From contig OY771587.1 of assembly GCA_963674825.1 (NCBI GenBank), positions 1,504,001-1,568,000 of the forward strand: a stretch of DNA of 64,000 bases, read 5' to 3'. The notes beneath the pieces were generated by a model that ran no database searches, was not told the origin of the DNA, and was given only the letters and a program-made list of their open reading frames with translations. This DNA is from Candidatus Cloacimonadales bacterium. GTDB lineage: Bacteria > Cloacimonadota > Cloacimonadia > Cloacimonadales > JAIOQZ01. Position 1 is the stretch's first letter. Each line of letters starts with the position of its first letter. Shown piece after piece: positions 47,901 through 56,061 of this stretch. A program made the translations under genes and the position numbers.

Positions 47901-49778
47901 TGCCTTATCAGCGGTAATGCCGAATACGGTGTTGATTGCAGCTCGGGGGGATCAAACCCGTTCTTCAATAATTGTACGATTACCGGAAACGGCTTTGCTC
48001 CACTTCTAATATGGGGATACAATATCGATCGCGTTGCCGAAGACAACACGCTTACAGGTAATGGATTTAACTGGATCCGCGTTCTGGGTTCCGATATCAC
48101 CAACTCTACCTTCCGCAACCACGATATCCCATATAGCTTCAATGGGACCTGCAACCTGCAGGATGAAGGAGTGGTTACAGTCGAGCCGGGTACGGAACTC
48201 AAGTTTGACGACGGAACCGGACTCAATGTCTATGGAACATTCGTCGCTGAAGGCACCGAAAGCGAACCCATCACCTTCACTACGAACCTTTCGACGCCTG
48301 CTCCCGGTGGCTGGCGAGGACTTTATTTCGAGTCCACTCCCGAAGGAACATCCCTCGATTACTGCGTCGTCTCTTATGCGGGAGATTGCGGCGCGAATAT
48401 CTATGTTAACTCAGCAGCGAACGTGGCCATCGACCATTCGGCAGTCACTTGGGGATCGCAGGATGGTATCTATTGCAGCGACTACTACGCCAATCCCTCA
48501 ACGATGACCGTAGCAAACACAACCGTTTCAAATAACGCCAATTATGGGCTCGATCTTACCGGAGGTGGCTCTAATGTCACAATAACCGATTGTACTATCC
48601 AGGCTAATGCTTATAACCCAATCCTTCTCTACCCTTATCAGGTAACGCATTTGGAAGGAACGATGACCTTCGGAGGAAACGGCGAAGAGATGATCCGAAC
48701 GACCAGCAGCAATATCTATAACGGAACTTGGCACAATTTCGGGATTCCATACCTCATGACATCATCGAATACTGTGCTTGCGGATCAGACCCTCACAATC
48801 GAGCCCGGATGTACCTTGCTTTTTGCCGACGATATCAAGCTGATCATCAACGGTAACCTGATAGCCAACGGCACCGAAAGTGAGCACATTGTCTTCGATT
48901 CAGCACAGAATGAACCCTCTGCCGGTGACTGGCAATGCCTCTTCCTGCAAAGCTGTACCGCGGCAAGCAGCATTAAGTATTGCGACTTCGCCAACGGTGG
49001 TGGGGCTGACGCGATGCTCAGACTCAGCGGTTCAGGGGATGTCGAAGTATCCGATTGCACATTCACCAACAGCTCTCTGTGCGGTATCATGGTTCACGAC
49101 CAATACTACGGCCCCAGCTCGGCTACCATCCACGACTGTGAAGTTCAGAATGCCGGTACGAATGGTATCGGGCTTTATGTAACTTCCGGACAAAACATAT
49201 ATGACTGCTATCTGCACGACTGCCAGATCGGCCTCTATAATAGCGGTGGATCGAATCTCTTTACGCACGGAAATGTCGTGACCGGAAACTCAGCGTACGG
49301 TATCCAGCTAAACAGCAATGCTTCTCTGGTGTTTGGCGGCGATATGAACCACTGGAACGATATCTACAACAATGGCACGTACAACTTCTACAACGGTAAT
49401 GCCGATATCGACGCCCGGTTCGTTTATTGGGGTTCCACAGATCAATCTGCAATTGAAGCCGGAATTTACGACGAAACCGATAGCCCATCACTTGGTCTTG
49501 TCAACTTCTGGCCATACCTCGATCAGGCACACCAGACGCAATACAACCAGTCGCTTGACGCACCAATAAACGTCAGTATCAGCGCTACACAGGGTAGCAC
49601 TACGATTTCGTGGAGCGCTGTTACAGGAGCGACTTTCTACCGCGTCTATGCAAGCGAAGATCCGTTCGCGGATTTCAGCCAGTGGACCCTGAAGCAGGAT
49701 AATATTACCGCAACCACCTGGAACGATCCGCTTACGCAAACCTCTACGTACTATCGGATTGTGGCCTGTAGCGAATAG
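44904..49778 (+). CDS. Large secreted right-handed beta-helix repeat protein (7 tandem ~207-aa units) with FN3-like C-terminal tail
   Basis: ATG 44904 after GGAGGT; signal peptide; TLTIEPG...G.L.A.GT....I.FTS...GDW units; Asn/Cys-ladder PbH1-like turns. Confidence 0.85.
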   Translation: MRLKSGYFPALFTILLLSIVSLSAVEHSGTIGTETWMGSYTHYITGTVTVPDGETLTIEPGATIRFSPSTSLIVYGKLVADGTSVGEILFSSGQTPAQAGDWGQISFLSCDPGTVLDHCIVEYGGNGSGMLYIHNCGENISITNSSFNHANGSGAFIHDQSTAPSEPSFISCSFASNSVHGLDAGSNLSLPYVQNCSFTSNLQYGMSVFTGGLSRVSGSINMSSNGTNAIYARASDVGTGTWYNVGVPCYLSGNFNVIDGSTLTIQAGSDLRFTGNYYMMIYGKLIANGTSGNHIVFTSADTTPGAGDWQYIYFNGSDPGSVLNWCDFSYGGHSNGTIYFHNNNTDVTVSNCTITNSGNAGIALNDYSTNPSTPIITNTTISNCGGAGIDCSGGMSLPWVADCAFNNNGSYAMKLFSTGLNRITGTNTGTGNNPQAILAMGGDVTTGTWHNFFLPFYFSNATIVADGETLTIEPGTQMRFTNGASLKIDGALVADGTESEHITFTSASTTPAPGDWQYIYFYRADAGTSLSWCDIMYGGSSNGNLNINGCPNNMTVTNCTITNSAQHGVYINDYYESQSNVSFTNCEFNNNTLMGLDTSSGVSQPYITDCSFHNNGSYAARVWATYNSRVTGTIDMSGNNPDGINLIGGAVDTSTWHNFGYPYYMGGSVTVNDGQTLTIEEGSEFLFTGNYNLTIEGCLIADGTPEEHIVFTSAQATPSPGDWTYIYFHHTDAGALLDYCDISYSGNSYGSVFVNGSPNAFTISNCTVTNSGQDGIYLYDYYESSSVPSISNCEFSNNTGQGLNAGGGVSFPTIDNCSFLNNGSYAMTLWGNSVHLMSDTQTISGNSPNGINVLGASIGTCTWYNHDAPYYIGGSLTVSNAATLTLEPGVEFLFNGNYDLRIDGALIADGTPEEHIVFTSAQETPTPGFWRFMYFYQADEGTMLDYCDISYGGSSSGLVYIHNGPNNFPITNCTITNSATTGVRISDYYTAWSYPTFENCLISGNAEYGVDCSSGGSNPFFNNCTITGNGFAPLLIWGYNIDRVAEDNTLTGNGFNWIRVLGSDITNSTFRNHDIPYSFNGTCNLQDEGVVTVEPGTELKFDDGTGLNVYGTFVAEGTESEPITFTTNLSTPAPGGWRGLYFESTPEGTSLDYCVVSYAGDCGANIYVNSAANVAIDHSAVTWGSQDGIYCSDYYANPSTMTVANTTVSNNANYGLDLTGGGSNVTITDCTIQANAYNPILLYPYQVTHLEGTMTFGGNGEEMIRTTSSNIYNGTWHNFGIPYLMTSSNTVLADQTLTIEPGCTLLFADDIKLIINGNLIANGTESEHIVFDSAQNEPSAGDWQCLFLQSCTAASSIKYCDFANGGGADAMLRLSGSGDVEVSDCTFTNSSLCGIMVHDQYYGPSSATIHDCEVQNAGTNGIGLYVTSGQNIYDCYLHDCQIGLYNSGGSNLFTHGNVVTGNSAYGIQLNSNASLVFGGDMNHWNDIYNNGTYNFYNGNADIDARFVYWGSTDQSAIEAGIYDETDSPSLGLVNFWPYLDQAHQTQYNQSLDAPINVSISATQGSTTISWSAVTGATFYRVYASEDPFADFSQWTLKQDNITATTWNDPLTQTSTYYRIVACSE

Positions 49779-51642
49779 GAAGGAGATCATACTGGCTGGA
49801 GAATCGATCCGGATCAGAACCAACCGGGATTACAACATCGAGCTCGATTTCAGCGTGGACGACCGTAATTTCACTCCTCCGCGCGGGTATCGAGCCGATA
49901 AACCACGGTATCGCCTGATTCGGTCATTACAGTTACGAAATACTTCGAAAAAGATCATTCGCAGCCCAAGGCTGCGCATTAACGGAAGGCCGTTGAATGC
50001 CATCGGTTCGATCGTGCCATTGGATGCCGAGCTCACGCAACGGGAGAAAGCTTTGCGCCTCTATCGTTTCTGGACCAGGAATATCCTGCATTTCCCCGTG
50101 GGCATGAAGGCATGTCGCCATCCATTCATTCTGGTCAACTTCTGGGGCTACAACATCTGCGGTTTCGCTGCGGCGTTTCTCAGCTCCATACTTCAAAACA
50201 TGGGAATAGAAGCCCGGAAACTTCCTGTCCAGGGGCATGTTGTACACCAATACAAGGTTGATGGTCGCTGGGTGATTCTGGATGCGGATCTCAATTGCGC
50301 TTTCAGGACACTGGATAATCGACGTTTGGCCGGATTCGAAGATATCTGTGGCGATCCCCTGCTGGTTCACCGGACAAACACTTACGGCAGACACCGGACG
50401 TTTGATCTGGCGCGAAATCGCTTCTGCGCATCTTTGTATGATCGCAAACCGTCCGGAGTTGCGAAGACACCATCCTACAACTGCGAAGAATTCAAGAAGT
50501 TGACCGATCCCCGCAGAATGTTTCCAGGAGAATCGATAACTTACCGTTTCGATCAAACGGTGATCGAGCCGTTGCGAGAAAAGGGTTCACCGCACCCCAG
50601 GGAAGTTGGTGAAGCATCCCTCATGCAGGTACATTATCTGTTCAAACCATTGCTCAGACCATCGGGAAACAGGGGAGAAAAACACCTATTTACCCGGTAT
50701 CCGATCCGACGCATCATTTTCCAGACATCCGGTCGAGAAATCAAGATACCAGTGGATCAGATCGTTACCAATATCAGCATTCCGAATGATCTTCCAGAAG
50801 ACGTTCTCTGTATTTGCCAGTGCAGTCGTATTTCAGCGCACCCAATCATGAAGGGTGCGAATGCGATCCGTCTCAACAGCCCAGATGGGGACATCGAAGC
50901 CGAGCTGGAAATCACCTGGGATGAGAAGACCGCCGAACTTGAGCCCATACCCATCCCTGTTCTGAGTATTGAAAAAACTTATGAGGATCGCCCTGTGTGT
51001 TTCCAGGTGATGCCGGGTGTTTACTGGATTCAGGTGTTTGGTGAAGATGAATTGCCGCTTCTGGACTATGTTCGGGAGGTTACCGGGGAGATAGCGTTCG
51101 ATCCGCTGGAGCAGACTTTCTTTGATAATGACAGAAGCTACCGGGCGCGGATCAAGCAGGAAGTCGAGGGAATCTGGAGCGAATGGTCGGAATATCTGCC
51201 ATTCAGCGTTATCAAGCCCAATTCACCACACGACATCGAGATTCGCCTGGATGATCACGGAGAGATTGTCTTCACCTGGCAGGGTGAAGATGATTGCGAA
51301 TACCTGATCTTCGGGAGCAACCGGCTCGACTTCGTTCCCGATGTCTATTCCGATCAGCAGCCAACAGGTGGGTTGGATGGTCATCTGAAGATGGAAAACA
51401 TCCAGAATCTTATCATTCGTACGCAAGGAACAGAGGCTCGCGTCGATCGTCCATGTGTCTATTATCGCATGATCGCCATGCGTAACGGATGTTTATCCAA
51501 TCCTTCCAGGCTGATCGATCTCTCTCAAAATCAGGAATGGTGTACGAGATTCAAACTCATACCTACGGTGCTGAACACACGTCACGAGATGGTTAATGAA
51601 TCGAATCGATACAGGTCGGAAGTCGAATCACTCCACCGATAG
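49759..51642 (+). CDS. Transglutaminase-like (Cys-His-Asp) protein with C-terminal FN3-like domains; start uncertain
   Basis: GYNICGFAAAFL...MGIEARK...GHVV....VDGRWVILDAD; WSEWSE FN3-type motif; no signal peptide. Confidence 0.7.
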   Translation: MWPVANRKEIILAGESIRIRTNRDYNIELDFSVDDRNFTPPRGYRADKPRYRLIRSLQLRNTSKKIIRSPRLRINGRPLNAIGSIVPLDAELTQREKALRLYRFWTRNILHFPVGMKACRHPFILVNFWGYNICGFAAAFLSSILQNMGIEARKLPVQGHVVHQYKVDGRWVILDADLNCAFRTLDNRRLAGFEDICGDPLLVHRTNTYGRHRTFDLARNRFCASLYDRKPSGVAKTPSYNCEEFKKLTDPRRMFPGESITYRFDQTVIEPLREKGSPHPREVGEASLMQVHYLFKPLLRPSGNRGEKHLFTRYPIRRIIFQTSGREIKIPVDQIVTNISIPNDLPEDVLCICQCSRISAHPIMKGANAIRLNSPDGDIEAELEITWDEKTAELEPIPIPVLSIEKTYEDRPVCFQVMPGVYWIQVFGEDELPLLDYVREVTGEIAFDPLEQTFFDNDRSYRARIKQEVEGIWSEWSEYLPFSVIKPNSPHDIEIRLDDHGEIVFTWQGEDDCEYLIFGSNRLDFVPDVYSDQQPTGGLDGHLKMENIQNLIIRTQGTEARVDRPCVYYRMIAMRNGCLSNPSRLIDLSQNQEWCTRFKLIPTVLNTRHEMVNESNRYRSEVESLHR

Positions 51643-52812
51643 GATGAAGCACTTGAGGTATTCCGTCTCCGGACAGGAAGGGTTGACGGGATGATCCATT
51701 GATGCACCACGTTGTTCGATGATGCGTGGTGTTCTTCCGGCACGCAATCCGGCGTGCTGCACAATCTCGCGGAACATCTCACGCGTGATACGCCCCGAGC
51801 AGCTGCACGTCACCAGAAAACCATTGGGTCTCAGAATGCGCATCGCCATTTCATTCAACGACTGATACCCGCGAATCGCCTGCGTTTCCGAACCCTTCGA
51901 GCGGGTGAACTTTGGCGGGTCCAGCACGATGAGATCGTAGGTCTGGCCGGCGTTCTTCAGCTCGGGCAAGATTGAAAATGCATCTGCTTTACGCCACGAC
52001 ATCCCGGACAGATGATTGCGCGTAGCATTGCGTTCTGCTATCTCCAGTGCACTCGCTGAGACATCGATTCCCAAGACACTCTTTGCGCCGCCACGCGCCA
52101 TGTTCAGCGCGAAACCGCCGGTGTACGTACACATATCCAGGCAGTCACGTCCCGAAGCGAAATCCCGGACGCGCAGCCGGTTTTCTCGCTGATCGTGATA
52201 GAAACCCGTCTTCTGGCCCGTCGCGAGGTTGACCTCGTATTCGATACCGTTTTCGCTAATCATTACGGTATCATCCGGCGAGCCGCGTAAAACGCCGTCG
52301 GCAATCTCCAGGCCCTCTTCCTGGCGAATCCCCTGCTCAGTTCGCAGCGTAATTCCCTTGGGATGCAACGCCTCTTCAATGATATTGAGGATCGTATCCA
52401 TGCGCCTTGCCAGCGCCAGCGAGGTGAACTGCACCACAAGGTTGTCGCCGTAGCGATCCACGGTAAGCCCGGAAAGACCGTCGCCTTCGCTGAATATCAG
52501 GCGTCCCGATGCTTCACCGGGCAAGCTCTGCCGATAGTTCAGCGCTTGCTGAATCTTTTTTTTCCAGAAGCCGTCGTCGAGTCTTTCCGTTTCTTGCAGG
52601 GAGTACATCCGCACGCGAATCTGGCTGCGGGAATTAAACAGACCCCATCCGGCGAAATCACCTCTGGAGTTTTCTACCCGGACGACATCGCCGTCTGCGG
52701 GATTGCCTTTAATCGTTGCGATCGCACCTGAAAACACCCACGGATGCCCGCCATAAACGGGCCCTTCGCGCTTCGGCTTCAGGCGGATAATTGGTGTGTT
52801 GTTGCTACTCAT
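51628..52812 (-). CDS. rlmI: SAM-dependent rRNA methyltransferase, RlmI (23S m5C1962)-like
   Basis: PUA domain GHPWVF, SEGDGLSGLTVDRY, GQKTGFYHDQRENR, TYTGGF, IVLDPPKF, TCSCS, ETEYLK. Start placed at ATG 52812. Confidence 0.85.
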   Translation of the reverse strand: MSSNNTPIIRLKPKREGPVYGGHPWVFSGAIATIKGNPADGDVVRVENSRGDFAGWGLFNSRSQIRVRMYSLQETERLDDGFWKKKIQQALNYRQSLPGEASGRLIFSEGDGLSGLTVDRYGDNLVVQFTSLALARRMDTILNIIEEALHPKGITLRTEQGIRQEEGLEIADGVLRGSPDDTVMISENGIEYEVNLATGQKTGFYHDQRENRLRVRDFASGRDCLDMCTYTGGFALNMARGGAKSVLGIDVSASALEIAERNATRNHLSGMSWRKADAFSILPELKNAGQTYDLIVLDPPKFTRSKGSETQAIRGYQSLNEMAMRILRPNGFLVTCSCSGRITREMFREIVQHAGLRAGRTPRIIEQRGASMDHPVNPSCPETEYLKCFILSVE

Positions 52813-52988
52813 AAGCTTTCTATAAAGGAAGCCGGTTTGGCTGTCAATGGAAATCGGATGTAGACGAATCGACCGAGGAAAGAAACATACGGTTTGAATC
52901 ATTCATCATTAATACTATACTTGACATGAAACTTGTCTCTTCGTAATTCTCGAACAAATCTACCATCTCAAATTATATCGAGGAGTAT

Positions 52989-54155
52989 ATGAAAAAGACT
53001 TTTACAGCCCTGTTTTTTGCCCTCACAATGTCATGTCTCGTAGCTGTTGATGGCATGATTCTTTTAACAACCGATTTGTATTTTCCCAATAAATTCGACT
53101 ATACCCTGTCGGAAAGTATCCCAAAATCCGATATGATCAGCACGATCCCCCGGGGTCAGTATTATCTGATTTCACCCATGATCGTTGATCCAGCCCTGAA
53201 CGGAGATGGCAATGCGGATGTCGTGCTCGATTTTCACGTTACCAAGCCAGATGGAAGCGTGTATTTCCAGAACAGCGGTACACCTGGCATATCAGGAAAA
53301 GTCGCCTATCCTCAAAACGTGATGCTTACAGCCAGTGTGATCAAGATATGCTTCGATCCCGGTGATCCTGTCGGCACCTACACGATCGCAATTACCGTGA
53401 ACGATCGGGTCAATTCCACCAGCAAAGAGATGACCCGTACAATTACGCTTGTCGAACCCACATGGGAGGAAAAGACGTACGATGAGGAATTATTTCTCTC
53501 ATTTCTCGAGGATTACCAGAAAAACATCAATCCTCAGGATGCCGTATGGGCTCTGATGTATTGCGTGAACTCCGATCTGGTAAAGAATCCGAAATTCAAT
53601 CAGGCCATGCTCTCGTTCTTCGTGGATGTTTTCCGGGACAATCCCTTCGTATTGCCGAAACTGAAGGAACTCTATTCAACTCTGGACGAAGATAAAAAAC
53701 CATATCTTATGATGGTGATCCAATGGGCGGATCAGAGCAGCTATGAATTCTACGAAAGCCTTCCCGAAAAAGAACGAAGAGCCTTCCTGGAAACAATGAT
53801 GGAAATCGGTGATATCTCTGCGCCTGACGGCCCATTAACCCATCCGGTTTATATGGATATGATGTGGCAGGAATTCTATGCACGAGGCAACTACAAACCA
53901 ATCTTGAGACTGGTGGATACGATTTCCTACGTGAGCTACGTCGGAACGATCGATCGCGTAAATGCTGGCGAAGAAAGCGAAGAACTCATGGAAAACATGA
54001 TTCGGGAAGCAATGTATGGTGCAGCCATGTTTTCGATCGGAAGTCATTACCGCACGCATCCATTGGCCAAGGCTTATCTGGATTATATCTACCAGGTCGA
54101 AGAGCTTTCTGACAGCGTTCGGAAAGAACTTGGGAAGATCGTGAACCAAAATTGA
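52989..54155 (+). CDS. Secreted hypothetical protein (Ig-like N-domain plus helical domain)
   Basis: GAGGAG RBS, signal peptide, FDPGDPVGTYTIAITVND Ig-like motif. Confidence 0.7.
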   Translation: MKKTFTALFFALTMSCLVAVDGMILLTTDLYFPNKFDYTLSESIPKSDMISTIPRGQYYLISPMIVDPALNGDGNADVVLDFHVTKPDGSVYFQNSGTPGISGKVAYPQNVMLTASVIKICFDPGDPVGTYTIAITVNDRVNSTSKEMTRTITLVEPTWEEKTYDEELFLSFLEDYQKNINPQDAVWALMYCVNSDLVKNPKFNQAMLSFFVDVFRDNPFVLPKLKELYSTLDEDKKPYLMMVIQWADQSSYEFYESLPEKERRAFLETMMEIGDISAPDGPLTHPVYMDMMWQEFYARGNYKPILRLVDTISYVSYVGTIDRVNAGEESEELMENMIREAMYGAAMFSIGSHYRTHPLAKAYLDYIYQVEELSDSVRKELGKIVNQN

Positions 54156-54248
54156 GGAGTCCCGTTGCCTTTATAGGCTTGATCTCAATTGCGAGTTTAC
54201 GACAATGATGCTTCATATTTAACTGAAAGCACATACGTTAGAAAATCC

Positions 54249-54397
54249 TTGACATTATCGGGGAATCCTTAGGCTTCGTATTCGCACCGGCAGAAAGGCT
54301 GGAAACGCTTTTTACGACGGGGAGTCAGGTAACTGTCTCCCTGTTTGTGTCTCCGATCTTCCCGCCGCAACGAAAGATACGTATCGGAGGTTATCCC
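54249..54397 (+). promoter_or_regulatory. glnA promoter region and structured 5' leader
   Basis: TTGACA at 54249; hairpins CCGGC-AGAAAG-GCTGG and GGGAG-T-CAG-GTAA-CTG-T-CTCCC; CTCCGAT (54351-54357) complementary to ATCGGAG (54383-54389) over the RBS. Confidence 0.45.
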
Positions 54398-55828
54398 ATG
54401 ACTGCAGTAATGGAACGCGTGAACGACCTGATCCTCGAAAACAATATCCAGGCTATCGATCTGAAGTATTCAGACCTGATGGGTAACTGGTATCACATTA
54501 CATTCCCGGCTTATCACCTTAAGAGCGTGCTGGAAAACGGCATCTCTTTCGATGGTTCCTCGATTCCCGGCATGCGCTCGGTCGAATCTGGCGATATGGT
54601 TCTGATTCCCGACCTAAGCACCGCGATCATCGATCCGTTCACCAAGTATCCGACACTCCGGATGTTGTGCTACATCTGCGACGCCGATACACGCATCGGA
54701 TTCATCAAAGATCCGCGCAGCCTCGCAAAACGCGCACAGAAATACATGGAAGAATCAGGAATCGCAGACCAGTCGCTCTGGATCCCCGAATTTGAATTCT
54801 ACCTCTTCAACGAAGCCGAGATCCACAACGGTAAGTACACCGCCGGATTCTCCTTCACTTCCGAAGAGAACAAGGAAGACCTGCCCTTCGGTTACCGCGA
54901 TAAAAACGGAACCGCCGTCGCCAACCGCAAAGGCTATCACATCGACGTTCCGTTCGATAAATTCGCCGACGTACGCCAGGAAATGGTAAACCACATCGAG
55001 AAGATCGGTTGCAGCGTGCGCTATCACCATCATGAGGTTGGACTCTCCGCACAGCAGGAGATCGAAACCTCTCTGCTACCGTTCGAGCAGATTACCGACC
55101 AGATGATGTACATTAAGGATATCATCCACAACACGGCGCTCTCGCACGACCTTACCGCGACCTTCATGCCCAAACCGCTCTACGACGAACCCGGTAACGG
55201 CATGCACTTCCACATCCAGCTCCGCAAGAACGGCAAGAACATCTTCTACAAGAAGGGTAATTACGCAGATCTCTCAGACGAAGCGCTCTGGTTCATCGGC
55301 GGTATCCTGCACCACGGAAGATCGCTCACAGCTCTGACCAACCCCAGCACAAACTCCTTCAAGCGTCTGCTGCCGGGATTCGAAGCGCCGGTGAAACTCT
55401 TCTTCGGACTGGCCAACCGCAGCGCGGCAATCCGCATTCCCAAGTACGCCACCAGCGAAGAAGAGAAGAGGATCGAATTCCGCACCGGTGACGGAACCTG
55501 TAACTACTACTTCGCCATGAGCGCACTCCTGATGGCCGGTATCGACGGCATCAAGAACAAGATCATGCCCACGAAGGAAAACGGCTACGGCCCGTACGAC
55601 GACAACGTATTCTCATGGCCGGAAGAAGATAAGGACAAACTGATCTCCATCCCGACATCCCTCGAAGAAGCGCTCGAAGCGCTCAAAGAAGACCACGACT
55701 ATCTGCTTCAGGGTGGCGTGTTCAACGAAGAGCTGATCCAGAGCTGGATTACCGAGAAGATGAAAGAGGTGGTCGCTGTCCGCAATCGTCCGCATCCATT
55801 CGAGATGAACTTATACTATAGCCTGTAG
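54398..55828 (+). CDS. glnA: Type I glutamine synthetase
   Basis: FDGSSI, ESGDMVL, PEFEFYLF, HHHEV, ATFMPKP, GNGMHFH, NSFKRLLPGFEAP, NRSAAIRIP, RIEFR; ATG 54398 after GGAGGT. Confidence 0.97.
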   Translation: MTAVMERVNDLILENNIQAIDLKYSDLMGNWYHITFPAYHLKSVLENGISFDGSSIPGMRSVESGDMVLIPDLSTAIIDPFTKYPTLRMLCYICDADTRIGFIKDPRSLAKRAQKYMEESGIADQSLWIPEFEFYLFNEAEIHNGKYTAGFSFTSEENKEDLPFGYRDKNGTAVANRKGYHIDVPFDKFADVRQEMVNHIEKIGCSVRYHHHEVGLSAQQEIETSLLPFEQITDQMMYIKDIIHNTALSHDLTATFMPKPLYDEPGNGMHFHIQLRKNGKNIFYKKGNYADLSDEALWFIGGILHHGRSLTALTNPSTNSFKRLLPGFEAPVKLFFGLANRSAAIRIPKYATSEEEKRIEFRTGDGTCNYYFAMSALLMAGIDGIKNKIMPTKENGYGPYDDNVFSWPEEDKDKLISIPTSLEEALEALKEDHDYLLQGGVFNEELIQSWITEKMKEVVAVRNRPHPFEMNLYYSL

Positions 55829-55851
55829 TAACAGCCAATAGATATTCCATG

Positions 55852-55879
55852 AGGTACCCGTTATCGGGTACCTTTTTTT
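55852..55879 (+). terminator. glnA intrinsic terminator
   Basis: AGGTACCCG-TTAT-CGGGTACCT followed by a T-run. Confidence 0.9.
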
Positions 55880-56061
55880 GTTCACATGCTATAACCAAAT
55901 GACTACCACTCATTCATCGTGAGCTAATCAAATACACCGCAACAAAGAACCGCTTCAGATTAAAACGAAAGAAGCTTGACAAATCAGTTACGATTGCACT
56001 TCATTATCTTACGTTGATCAGGTACAATGAAAACCGCAAACAATACCCATCCGGAGGTACC

